From: Gemmatimonadaceae bacterium
GTDB taxonomy: Bacteria; Gemmatimonadota; Gemmatimonadetes; Gemmatimonadales; Gemmatimonadaceae
Assembly (NCBI GenBank): GCA_036374155.1
Contig: DASUUI010000020.1
Location: 109-64,108 of the forward strand
DNA length: 64,000 nt
Direction of reading: 5' to 3'
Shown: positions 36,172-44,897 of the stretch, piece by piece
Position numbering within the stretch: position 1 is the first letter of the stretch
Layout: the number at the start of each line of letters is the position of its first letter
Program-made: the position numbers and the translations under genes
The notes under the pieces: model-generated
What the model was told of the DNA's origin: nothing
Seen by the model: only the letters and a program-made list of their open reading frames with translations
The model's database searches: none

Positions 36172-39100
36172 TCAACCGCTCGAAGTACTCGATGATCATC
36201 TGCCGCTCGGCAGGCGTAAGTGTCTTCAACTCTGCCCATCCCGGTGCCAGATGCCGCCGCTCGCCGGGCCGCGCGATTCCGGTTTCGCGCTGCGATGGAA
36301 ACTCGACACGCTGCGCAGTCACCGCCTCGCGGCGGTCTTCATCCTCTCCCGAGTCTCCGGTCAGCAGTCGCCCGCCCTGGAGAAGCCGGTTGTACAACCG
36401 GTCCTGCCGCGAAAGCAGGCTCGCATCCACAGCCGCACGCTCCAACGCGTCCGCGACACGGTTCGCCTCGGCCGCCAGCGGCTGGGCGCGCCCTCCGCCG
36501 TCGGCGTCACCCAGCTCCTCGAGGGCGCGCGCGATCGCACGCTGCTGGCGGGCGAGAACGCGCGCCTGATCGCGCGCCGCCTGCGAACCACCGCTCAGGG
36601 CAAGGGGCAGTCCGGCCGAAGCGGCGTTGAGCCCCCGCTGCTGCGCTGCCAGGCGCTGAAGCTCCTCGAGCAACTCGGCGAACCCCGAAGCGGAGCGCGC
36701 GCTGTTGGTACGCTCCCGATCGCGCAGCAGCGAAGCCGCAGCGCGTGACAGCGACGCAGCGGCATCGCGCATCAGGGCGCTCACCTGCGTGCGATCGCGC
36801 GGTGGGAACGTGGCCGCCGAAACCCGCACGACTCCGTCGCGCGCCGAGCGCACGAGGCCGTCGGACCGGCTCGACACCAGAGTCGAAGTCCGGGCGGCAC
36901 GCGCGATGCGATCGGCGACGACGGTCGAGGCCTCCTCCAGGGCGGAGTGCTCGTCGCGCCAGTCACTGCTGCCGCCGGCTACCCGCCTCGCCAGTTCGGT
37001 CTCGGCGGTGGCAAGCTGCATGAGTTCCTGCACAGCTGCATCCAGGTCGGCGGCGAGCTCCCGCTTCCACTCCGCGATCTGCGCGGCGCGGGCCTCGGCG
37101 AGAGCTTCAGCGCTCTGCCCCAGCGGGGCCGCAGCCGACGCGCGGCTCGCCGCTGCTCCGGCGAGCGCGTCGCCGGCCGCCGTCGCAAAGCGCCCCGCAG
37201 CCCGCGCCGGCGCGAGACCGGCGCTCGCGCGCTCCTCCTCGAGGCGCCTGACGACTCCCGCGATGTCGCGTCCAAGCTGCCCCGCGCGCGTGGCCAGACC
37301 GGCATCGCGCAGCCGATCAGAGGACGTCGGTTCCGGAGCCCCCTCTCCCCCTCCCCCTACCGCCTGCTGCGCCAGCTCCGCGGCTTCAGCGCGCAGTGTC
37401 TCGAGCGAGCCTTCTATCGCCGCGCGCCTGAGCATCTGTACTACGCGCTCGAGCTGCTCCCGTGCGCGACGCTGCTCCAGCGCAACGTCCGACAGCGCGC
37501 GTCTCAGCGGCTCTTCCGCATCGTCTCGCGCAGCGCTCTCGGCGTCGCGCAGGCGCGCCGCCAGCTCGGGAGTGAGCGCGCGCTGCAGCAGCGACCGTAC
37601 CTCTGCGAGACGGGCTGCAAGGCCGTCGTCCAGCGCGCCTGCACGGGACAGGCGGGACTCGAGCGCGCGAGTCGCGGCGGCGAGCGAGTCGGCACGAGAC
37701 GAGAGCGCTCGCTGCTCCTCAACGATCGAGCGCGCGCGGGATGCCAGCGCGTGACCTGCTGCAGCCGCACCGTCGCCAGCGCTCTGGTCGCGCCTGTCCC
37801 CCCGGGCGCGCGAAACCTCGGTTGTCGTCCGCTCGACCTGCCTCTGCGCCGAGGCCATGGCTGCCGCGGCGGCGACGGCGCTGTCGGCGGAAAGACGCGC
37901 TGCATCCCGCTGTGCGGCCGCTGTGAGCACCGAGATGATTCGCGGCGCGCTGAGCGAGCGACGCCCGCCGCCGGCAGCCTCGGCCGCAATCGCGCGGACC
38001 GTTACCCCTTCTCCGGCGGCAAGCGATGAAATGTCGAGGAACACAGCTGCCGATCCGCCGGCAGGCGGCACTGGCAGCGGCACGACCTCTTCCGAGCCGC
38101 CGCGCCGGACCGTCAACGCGACGACGCCGAGCTGATGGTCGTCAGTCGCGCGCACGGTGACGCGCACCGGCGAATCGCCCACCACGCCGGTATCCGACGC
38201 AGGAGTCACAATCTCCACCTGCGGCGGCTCGTCCACGCTGACGGCGATGTGCAGTGCGCGGGGCGGCTCGACCTCTTCTCCGCCGCGGGTGGCGATCCGC
38301 CACCGCAGCACGGTCGAGCGGTCGGCGGTCGTGCTTCCGGAGAAGCGCGCGCCGGCGACTTCGAAGGGGATGGACCGGGAATCGTCGTACAGCACCACAT
38401 CGCTCAGCGCCTCCGATGCGGTGCCAGTAAGCCGCAGCTGCGTGCCCGAAGGAACGACGAGCTCGCCATCCGGGGCGAGCCGCTCATCCGGTCGCCCGAG
38501 GTAACGCGGATACGTTGCGTGCAGAGCGAGATCCTGAACGAACGGCCCGTCGGCAGGGAGGATCGTCAGCGTGTCAGTGCGACCGCGGGCGTCCGAAGCG
38601 AACAGCTGGGTCGCGGCAGACACCTCGCCCAGCTCCACTTCAGCGGTGCCGTTGACCACGCGATGCGTTTGCGCTTTCCACGCGGCGCCGGCAATCCGGC
38701 TGTGCAGCATGACGGAGCGTCTGCCGCGCGCGCGGACGGTGATGGCGACGCTGGTCCCGCGCCGGACGGTGGGCGGAGCGCCGTCGATGCGAAGTGGCTC
38801 GAGCAACGCGCCGCTCGCAGCCTGCATCGGATGGCGGAGCGCCGTTGCCGCCTCACGGTACTGCGTTCCGCTCCAGGTGAACCCCGCCGCCGCGAGCAGC
38901 AGCAGCGCGATGCCTCCGAGCAGGCGTCGCCGTGAACGGCGGCTGCGAGCCGGCGCGGGGTCGTGCGCCGGGACGGACGCGGCCAGCCTCGCCGCCGCCA
39001 TCGCCGCGACCGGAGTCTCGTCCAGCTCCAGCAATCCGACGAGCGAGCCGTTGCGGAGCTGCCGTTCCAACTCGACTGCCTCCGCCATGCATCGTGTCCC

Positions 39101-39355
39101 GCTCTCACGCCGCGCGTAACGCCAGCCGAGCAACAGCACCGCTGCGGCGAGCGCGGCCGCCGTCACCAGGATCGCAGCCGGCAGGATGGGCGGAAGGACT
39201 ATCCACCGCCCGTCGCCAAGCAGGATCACCCCCGTCGCGAGCAGGCCCAGCAGAGTGGCGGCCGCCGCGAGCACTACGGTTGCCGAGACGAGCGTCCGGT
39301 CGCGGGCAGTCGCCTGGCGCAGCGCCTCGAGCACCGTTGCCGGCCGGTTACTCAT
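36158..39355 (-). CDS. 1065-aa membrane protein: 3 TM helices, Ig-like beta region, ~500-aa Ala/Arg-rich coiled coil (DUF4175-like)
   Basis: Two N-terminal TM helices and a third at ~aa 150. A beta-rich middle region has VxVxA patterns. A long low-complexity helical region follows, and the C-terminus is LTPAERQMIIEYFERLN. An ATGA overlap joins it to the upstream gene. Confidence 0.7.
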   Translation of the reverse strand: MSNRPATVLEALRQATARDRTLVSATVVLAAAATLLGLLATGVILLGDGRWIVLPPILPAAILVTAAALAAAVLLLGWRYARRESGTRCMAEAVELERQLRNGSLVGLLELDETPVAAMAAARLAASVPAHDPAPARSRRSRRRLLGGIALLLLAAAGFTWSGTQYREAATALRHPMQAASGALLEPLRIDGAPPTVRRGTSVAITVRARGRRSVMLHSRIAGAAWKAQTHRVVNGTAEVELGEVSAATQLFASDARGRTDTLTILPADGPFVQDLALHATYPRYLGRPDERLAPDGELVVPSGTQLRLTGTASEALSDVVLYDDSRSIPFEVAGARFSGSTTADRSTVLRWRIATRGGEEVEPPRALHIAVSVDEPPQVEIVTPASDTGVVGDSPVRVTVRATDDHQLGVVALTVRRGGSEEVVPLPVPPAGGSAAVFLDISSLAAGEGVTVRAIAAEAAGGGRRSLSAPRIISVLTAAAQRDAARLSADSAVAAAAAMASAQRQVERTTTEVSRARGDRRDQSAGDGAAAAGHALASRARSIVEEQRALSSRADSLAAATRALESRLSRAGALDDGLAARLAEVRSLLQRALTPELAARLRDAESAARDDAEEPLRRALSDVALEQRRAREQLERVVQMLRRAAIEGSLETLRAEAAELAQQAVGGGGEGAPEPTSSDRLRDAGLATRAGQLGRDIAGVVRRLEEERASAGLAPARAAGRFATAAGDALAGAAASRASAAAPLGQSAEALAEARAAQIAEWKRELAADLDAAVQELMQLATAETELARRVAGGSSDWRDEHSALEEASTVVADRIARAARTSTLVSSRSDGLVRSARDGVVRVSAATFPPRDRTQVSALMRDAAASLSRAAASLLRDRERTNSARSASGFAELLEELQRLAAQQRGLNAASAGLPLALSGGSQAARDQARVLARQQRAIARALEELGDADGGGRAQPLAAEANRVADALERAAVDASLLSRQDRLYNRLLQGGRLLTGDSGEDEDRREAVTAQRVEFPSQRETGIARPGERRHLAPGWAELKTLTPAERQMIIEYFERLNGAR

Positions 39356-40059
39356 CGCTGCGCAGCCGTGACTGCGTACGTAAAGAGGTTCACGCCCATC
39401 CGCAGCGCTGCCTCCCGCGCTTCAGGCGGGTCGTTGTGGACGGTGGCGTCCTCCCAGCCGTTGCCGAGATCGCTCTCGTGGCTGTAGAAGACGGCGAGCC
39501 TGTCACCGATGAAAATCCCGTAGCCGCGCGGCGGCTTTCCATCGTGTTCGTGAACCTTCGGAAGACCGGCCGGAAAGCGATAGACGATGTTGTAAACGGG
39601 ATGCGACAACGGAACCTCCACCAGCGGCCTGTCGGGAAACACCCGCCCGATCTCGCGCCGGAAGCTCTCGTCGAGGCCGTAGTTGTCGTCCGCGTGCAGA
39701 AAGCCGCCGCGCTCGAGATACGCTCGCAGCCGCTCGATCTCGGCGTCGCTCAGGCGGATGTTGCCGTGCCCCGTGAGATGGAGAAAGGGATAATCCCACA
39801 GGTCCCCGGAAGTCAGCGTGATGCGAGCCTCGGCGCGCTCCACGGGGAGTGTCGTGCGCGCGCGAATGGCGGCGAGGAGGTTGGTGAGGCTGGAGGGGTT
39901 TGCGTACCAGTCGCCCCCTCCGTCGTACTGGAGTCGCGCGATCGTCATCCGCGGAACAGCAGCCGTCGCTGCTGAAGCCGCTGTTTCTCCATGGGCGGCG
40001 ACTGACCGTGCGGCCGGCCACGCCGCCAGCGCCACGATCAGCAGCGCGACGACCGGCAT
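39352..40059 (-). CDS. DUF4159 domain protein (secreted)
   Basis: RLQYDGGGDWYANPSSLTNLL...YPFLHLTGHGNIRLSDAEIERLRAYLERGGFLHADDNYG...HEHDGKPPRGYG...GNGWED matches my memory of DUF4159 proteins. The TGATG junction overlaps the rsmI stop. Confidence 0.75.
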   Translation of the reverse strand: MPVVALLIVALAAWPAARSVAAHGETAASAATAAVPRMTIARLQYDGGGDWYANPSSLTNLLAAIRARTTLPVERAEARITLTSGDLWDYPFLHLTGHGNIRLSDAEIERLRAYLERGGFLHADDNYGLDESFRREIGRVFPDRPLVEVPLSHPVYNIVYRFPAGLPKVHEHDGKPPRGYGIFIGDRLAVFYSHESDLGNGWEDATVHNDPPEAREAALRMGVNLFTYAVTAAQR

Positions 40060-40886
40060 CACCGGGCGCCTCCCTGCGCGAGCCTGTACGCAAGATTGCG
40101 TGGCACGCCATGCTCCTCGGTGAGCCGGCGGGCGACGTCCCTTGGAGTCAGCCCCTCCGAGCGCAGCCGCTCAGCCGTTGCAGCCAGTGCGGCCTCGTCT
40201 GGTGCGACTTCGGCCCCCGGACCGATCAGAATCACGACTTCTCCGCGCGGAGGAGCATCCTCGTAATACGCCGCCAGCTCCGACACCGTTCCGCGACGGA
40301 ACTCCTCGAACTTCTTGGTCAGCTCCCGGGCGACGACGGCCTGCCGGTCGGAACCGCCGGCGTCCCGCAGCGTGGCCAGGGTGGCGGCAGTGCGCGACGG
40401 CGCTTCGTAGATCACCACGGTGGCCGGCGACTGCAGCACATCCCGGATGGCGTCCTGCCGCTGCCGCCCCTGCCGCGGGAGAAACCCGAAGAAGGTGAAT
40501 CGCTCGCTGATGAGCCCGGACGCGACCAGCGAGGCGAGCAATGCGGACGCGCCAGGCACCGGCACGACCTGGATCCCAGAGGCGATCGCCGCATTCACCA
40601 GCCGCGCGCCCGGATCGGAGAGGAGAGGGGTGCCGGCGTCGCTCACCAGGGCGAGGTCCTCACCGGCAGTCAGCCGCGCGAGAATGCCGGGGACGCTCTT
40701 CGCCTCGTTGTGCTCGTGATACGCGACCATCGGAGTGCGTATCCCGTAGTGGTCCAGCAATAACCGCGTGTGCCGCGTGTCCTCGGCAAGTACCGCGGCG
40801 GCCGATCCGAGGATGTCGGCCGCGCGGTACGTCAGGTCCCCGAGATTACCGATCGGGGTGCTGACGACGTAAAGCCTGCCCGCTAC
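40059..40886 (-). CDS. rsmI: 16S rRNA (cytidine1402-2'-O)-methyltransferase
   Basis: LYVVSTPIGNLGDLTYRA...AEDTRHTRLLLDHYGI...VSDAGTPLLSDPG. There is no ATG, GTG or TTG between the conserved N-terminus and GTG 41108-41120, which lie inside trxA. The 5' end is drawn at the GTA codon overlapping the trxA stop. The start is unresolved. Confidence 0.8.
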   Translation of the reverse strand, partial: VAGRLYVVSTPIGNLGDLTYRAADILGSAAAVLAEDTRHTRLLLDHYGIRTPMVAYHEHNEAKSVPGILARLTAGEDLALVSDAGTPLLSDPGARLVNAAIASGIQVVPVPGASALLASLVASGLISERFTFFGFLPRQGRQRQDAIRDVLQSPATVVIYEAPSRTAATLATLRDAGGSDRQAVVARELTKKFEEFRRGTVSELAAYYEDAPPRGEVVILIGPGAEVAPDEAALAATAERLRSEGLTPRDVARRLTEEHGVPRNLAYRLAQGGAR

Positions 40887-41209
40887 GCTGCGTGCTGCTG
40901 GAACTTCATGTCCAGCTGCGGTTTCGGGACGGCCCCGATCACCTGGTCCACGATCTTCCCGCCCTTGAAGAACAGGATCGTCGGGATCGAGCGAACGTTG
41001 AAGCGGGTCGCCGTCTTGATGTTCGTGTCCACGTCGAGCTTGGCCACCTTGGCCTTGCCCGCGTACTCCTGCGCGAGTTGATCGAGGGCGGGAGCTATCA
41101 GGCGGCACGGAGCGCACCACGTCGCCCAGAAGTCAACGACCGCGAGGCCGTCATACTGCTCAATTTCGGTCTCGAAGTCTGCATCCGTGACGGTGACCGT
41201 GTTCGCCAT
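40883..41209 (-). CDS. trxA: thioredoxin
   Basis: 108 aa, MANTVTVTDADFETEI...VDFWATWCAPCRLIAP, with a WCxPC active site. The start is set at ATG 41209. Confidence 0.93.
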   Translation of the reverse strand: MANTVTVTDADFETEIEQYDGLAVVDFWATWCAPCRLIAPALDQLAQEYAGKAKVAKLDVDTNIKTATRFNVRSIPTILFFKGGKIVDQVIGAVPKPQLDMKFQQHAA

Positions 41210-41291
41210 GCAACATTCCTCCCGCGGCGCTCTCACTCGCCGCTCGTGGGGTAACTAGTTTAGGCCCAAGTGCCACACTGGCTTGAATCTA

Positions 41292-41738
41292 ATGACAGCG
41301 TCCAGCGGGAAACTCACATCAGGCGAGGACCATACCGCGACGGCGGGCGGCGTACGGCTGGCCCATGTCGGCGTAGCAGTGAGCTCCACGGCCGTACAGG
41401 CGAGCTTCTTCCGGGACGTGCTCGGCCTCGAGCCCGTTCCGGTGCACGACTCCGATGGAGCGAGAATCACGGCGTTCCGTGCTGGGGACTCGCTTATAGA
41501 GCTTCTCGAGCCCGAGTCCGGCGATTCGCCTGTCGGGCGTTTCATTGCCCGGCGCGGCCCCGGAATTCACCACCTCTGTCTTGCCGTGCCGGATCTGGAC
41601 GCCGCGCTTGCGCGCTGCCGGTCAGCGGGGATCGAGCTGGTGGACCAGGAGCCGCGAACGGGGGCCGAAGGGAAACGAATCGCCTTCCTGCATCCGCGCT
41701 CGACCGGGGGAATCCTGATCGAACTGACGGAGCCCTGA
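41292..41738 (+). CDS. mce: methylmalonyl-CoA epimerase (VOC family)
   Basis: LAHVGVAV...IELLEP...SPVGRFIARRGPGIHHLCLAV...AFLHPRSTGGILIELTE. TTG 41283 is an alternative start. Confidence 0.85.
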   Translation: MTASSGKLTSGEDHTATAGGVRLAHVGVAVSSTAVQASFFRDVLGLEPVPVHDSDGARITAFRAGDSLIELLEPESGDSPVGRFIARRGPGIHHLCLAVPDLDAALARCRSAGIELVDQEPRTGAEGKRIAFLHPRSTGGILIELTEP

Positions 41739-41740
41739 GA

Positions 41741-42214
41741 TCAGCGCCCCGTCGGAGCTCCCGTATCGCCGCAGAAGTCGCGGACGGAGGCCAGGTCTAT
41801 GTTTTCCACGTACCATCGCTGCGCCGGGCCGGGCACCGCGTGGAACGACGGCTGGCGCGTCTGGCTGCCGCGGGTGATGGCGACCACGATGATTCGCCGG
41901 CCGCCTTCCGCCGGGCTCTCGCTCACTACGCGGAACTGGTCGTGCGCGAGAAAACACTGCAGAATGATCGCGCGCCGCTCGAGCTCGTTCCGGTCCATGG
42001 TGTCGCGCGTCGGTCCGCGCGTCGTCCCCCAGACGACGGACATCGCCTGGATGTCCTGGGCCCGAACGGCTGCGAGGAACTGCTCGACCGCGTGGCGCGC
42101 GGAAGGAGCGCCCGTCAACTGCCCGGATGGCCCGGCCGTGGTCGCGGTGGCGCACGCGATCGTCGCGACGGTGAGCAACGGCAGGAGCTGTGTCAGTCTG
42201 AATGGAGTCCGCAT
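41741..42214 (-). CDS. small lipoprotein, unknown function
   Basis: ATG 42214 gives MRTPFRLTQLLPLLTVATIAC (lipobox). The product is 157 aa. The tracked 358-aa ORF overlaps pdxJ and is an overextension. Confidence 0.55.
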   Translation of the reverse strand: MRTPFRLTQLLPLLTVATIACATATTAGPSGQLTGAPSARHAVEQFLAAVRAQDIQAMSVVWGTTRGPTRDTMDRNELERRAIILQCFLAHDQFRVVSESPAEGGRRIIVVAITRGSQTRQPSFHAVPGPAQRWYVENIDLASVRDFCGDTGAPTGR

Positions 42215-42235
42215 GATTCGAAACCTTAGTCCCCG

Positions 42236-42994
42236 TTGACGGTGCGAGCAAGACACCAGCGTCTGTACGTCAACATCGACCATGTCGCAACGCTGCGACA
42301 GGCGCGACGCGGCCTGCAGCCCGATCCGCTTGCAGCGGCAGTCGCCTGCGAGGACGCCGGCGCCGATGGAATCACTGCGCATCTCCGTGAGGACCGGCGG
42401 CACATTCAGGACAGCGACGTGAGCGCCCTCAGGGATCGCATTCGCACGCGCTTCAACCTGGAAATCGCCTGCACGACCGCCATGATCGACATTGCATGCG
42501 ACATTCGTCCCCACCAGGTGACGCTCGTGCCCGAGCGCCGCGAGGAGATCACGACCGAGGGCGGGCTCGACCCCGCTGCAGACCCCGCGCGGCTGCGCGA
42601 TGGAATCGCTCGGCTGCGCGAGCGGGGCATTCGCACCAGCCTTTTCATCGATCCGAGGGAGAGCAGCGTCCGCGCGTCCCGCGAGCTCGATGCCGACGCA
42701 GTGGAACTGCACACAGGCAGCTATTCGCGGTCGCCGGAGAACGGAGAGCTCGTCCGTGAGCTGGCACGCGCCGCGAAGCTCGCTGCGGATCTCGGTCTCG
42801 CGGTGCACGCGGGCCACGGACTATCCGCCGCGAACCTCGCCGCGGTGTCGGCCATTGCCGAAGTCGAGGAGCTGAACATCGGGCACGCCATCATCAGCGC
42901 CGCGGTGTTCGTGGGCCTGCAGACGGCCGTCAGACAGGTCCGCGAGGCGATGGACGCCGCCCGCGGCGAAGGCCTCGCGATTCCAGCGCCATGA
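42236..42994 (+). CDS. pdxJ: pyridoxine 5'-phosphate synthase
   Basis: LYVNIDHVATLRQARRG, GITAHLREDRRHI and ELHTG. The start is TTG 42236 or GTG 42242. Confidence 0.92.
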   Translation: MTVRARHQRLYVNIDHVATLRQARRGLQPDPLAAAVACEDAGADGITAHLREDRRHIQDSDVSALRDRIRTRFNLEIACTTAMIDIACDIRPHQVTLVPERREEITTEGGLDPAADPARLRDGIARLRERGIRTSLFIDPRESSVRASRELDADAVELHTGSYSRSPENGELVRELARAAKLAADLGLAVHAGHGLSAANLAAVSAIAEVEELNIGHAIISAAVFVGLQTAVRQVREAMDAARGEGLAIPAP

Positions 42995-43884
42995 CCGGGA
43001 CGGCAAGCCGCCCCGCGGGGGCAGAGTCGGACACAGCGACGCAGGCGCGCCTCGTCGGGTTCTTCAGGACAGAGGCGCTCCGACATGGCGAGCAGCTGGT
43101 CGCCGAGCTCGCCGCAACCCCGACACCAGCTCCTGCCGAGCTCGCCCGGGCGCTGTCCCACGCGAGAGTAATCCGCGGCAGCGCCGCAATGGCCGGGCTG
43201 ATAGAGATTTCCGCCGTCGCCGGACATCTGGAGCGCATCCTCAAGTCGCTTCACGCCAGGCGGCTCGCGTGGACAGCCGTGCTCGCGGACACCGTCCGCA
43301 CCGCCGCGAGCGGACTGCTCGATCTGATCGAGGCAATCCCCGCGTGGACCGGGGAGCTCGAGATGCGGGCGCGCGCCCTGACCGCCGAGCTCGGGAGGTA
43401 CGACGTCGGTCGCCGCCCGGCGGAACAGGAAGTGATCGTTCCGATCGGGCGGCTGTTCCATTCCGATTCGGGACCGCACGTATTGTTCGTCCCCGCAACT
43501 CCGCAGACCGAGTTCGAGCAGCAGCTGCGCGCGCTGGCGCGGCACACGGGGCCGGGCGGGCCGCTGGCAACGCCGCCCCGCGCCGCAAGCGGGGCGCCAT
43601 CGCCGCCCAGCACTCCCCAGAGAGCGCGGACACGCACGCGGACGCCGACCGCTCCCCGTGGCAGCGAGCTTCGCGCGCTCCTCGACACGAGCGTGTCGCG
43701 AATGGACGCCAGCTTCGGCGGGCAGACGGCAGACACGGTACCCATCGACCAGTTGCAGTACTCGGGGGCGGCAGCGCTCCAGCGCGCGCGCTCGCTCGCG
43801 CGGATCATCCGCTCCCGCGGCGCCGAGAACTCACGCGAGCTGCTCCGGGAGCTCATGGATCTGCTCGAGCTAGCAGGCGGCTGA
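42991..43884 (+). CDS. hypothetical protein with an Hpt-like N-terminal helical domain
   Basis: 297 aa. FFRTEALRHGEQLVAEL...SHARVIRGSAAMAGLIEISAVAGHLERIL resembles the Hpt/CheA-P1 pattern, but the His is out of register. A Pro/Arg-rich linker follows. 4-nt and 1-nt overlaps join it to its neighbours. Confidence 0.5.
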   Translation: MTGTASRPAGAESDTATQARLVGFFRTEALRHGEQLVAELAATPTPAPAELARALSHARVIRGSAAMAGLIEISAVAGHLERILKSLHARRLAWTAVLADTVRTAASGLLDLIEAIPAWTGELEMRARALTAELGRYDVGRRPAEQEVIVPIGRLFHSDSGPHVLFVPATPQTEFEQQLRALARHTGPGGPLATPPRAASGAPSPPSTPQRARTRTRTPTAPRGSELRALLDTSVSRMDASFGGQTADTVPIDQLQYSGAAALQRARSLARIIRSRGAENSRELLRELMDLLELAGG

Positions 43885-44897
43885 TGCGTATCCGCTGGCG
43901 ATCCGCAGTGGGAACCGTCATCACGGTGCTCCTCCTCTGGTGGACACTGCGTGACGTGTCGCCCGCGGCCGTTCTCCGCGAGCTGGCGCGCGCTGATTTC
44001 TTCCTGTTCTTCCTCGCGACAGTTGCGGCCACCGTGATCTTTGCGCTCCGTGCCGTGCGCTGGCAGGTGATACTGGAGCCGCTCGAGCTGGCGGTTCCAT
44101 TCGGCCCCGCGTGGCGCGCGACCAACATCGGCATGATGATCAACAACATCGTGCCGGCCCGCGCGGGAGAGCTCGCGAGAGCGTTCGCGCTGACGAAGGA
44201 GGTGCGCGAGCTTCCGCTACCCGCCAGCATCGCATCGCTCGCCGTGGACAGGGTGTTCGACGCCATCGCCCTGCTGCTGCTCGGCCTCGTCGCGATCCTC
44301 GATCCGGCGCTCCCGGCCACGGCCACCATAGCCGGGCGCTCCATCGCCGGGTGGGCCGGCGCCGGCGGCGTCCTCGTCGCCGCTCTGCTCGCGGCGCTTT
44401 ACGCGCTGGTGGCTTTCCCCGACGCGATGATCAGGTGGTGGGAGTTTGGCGCGCGGCGGCTGACGCCGCGGCTGGAGGACAGAGGGCGTGTCGCGTTGCG
44501 CGCGTTCAGCGACGGCCTGGGAGTGCTGCGGAGCCCGAGCCGCTTCCTGCGGGTGCTCGCCTGGACAATCCTGCACTGGCTCGTTGGAGCGGTCTCGTTC
44601 TGGCTCGGCTTCCTGGCCGTGGGGATCGACGTGCCGTTCAGCGCCGCCTTCATGGTCCAGACCCTGATAGCGTTCGGCGTGGCGGTGCCAGCCGCTCCCG
44701 GATTCTTCGGCGTGTTCGAGGCGCTCACCATCGTGTCGCTCGCGCTGTATGGAGTGGATCGCGCATCCGCCACGAGCTTTGCCATTGGGTTCCACATCCT
44801 GACTTTCATCCCGGTCACCGTCCTTGGCGCGCATTACGCGGCGCGCCTGGGGCTGCGCGTGCGTGACCTCGGCGCTCCGCCGCCGGCCACGACGTGA
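43884..44897 (+). CDS. flippase-like / lysylphosphatidylglycerol-synthase TM-domain family membrane protein (UPF0104)
   Basis: ATG 43884 (TGATG junction) gives MRIRWRSAVGTVITVLLLWWTL. The product has about 8 TM helices and the motif NIVPARAGELARA. The tracked 542-aa ORF is an overextension. Confidence 0.7.
   Translation: MRIRWRSAVGTVITVLLLWWTLRDVSPAAVLRELARADFFLFFLATVAATVIFALRAVRWQVILEPLELAVPFGPAWRATNIGMMINNIVPARAGELARAFALTKEVRELPLPASIASLAVDRVFDAIALLLLGLVAILDPALPATATIAGRSIAGWAGAGGVLVAALLAALYALVAFPDAMIRWWEFGARRLTPRLEDRGRVALRAFSDGLGVLRSPSRFLRVLAWTILHWLVGAVSFWLGFLAVGIDVPFSAAFMVQTLIAFGVAVPAAPGFFGVFEALTIVSLALYGVDRASATSFAIGFHILTFIPVTVLGAHYAARLGLRVRDLGAPPPATT

Noticed and set aside
40886-41120. Using GTG 41120 as the rsmI start, as in the ORF track.
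   Set aside because: It would require about 235 nt of out-of-frame overlap with trxA and would add a low-complexity 75-aa extension. It is kept as an open question in the findings rather than accepted.
41741-42817. 358-aa minus-strand ORF overlapping pdxJ. Similar overextended ORFs occur at 43269-44897, 32778-33647, 22755-23471 and 1913-3007.
   Set aside because: In each case the conserved or signal-peptide-bearing part starts at an internal start codon next to the neighbouring gene's end (42214, 43884, 33161, 22971, 2869/2692). The upstream parts overlap well-supported genes.
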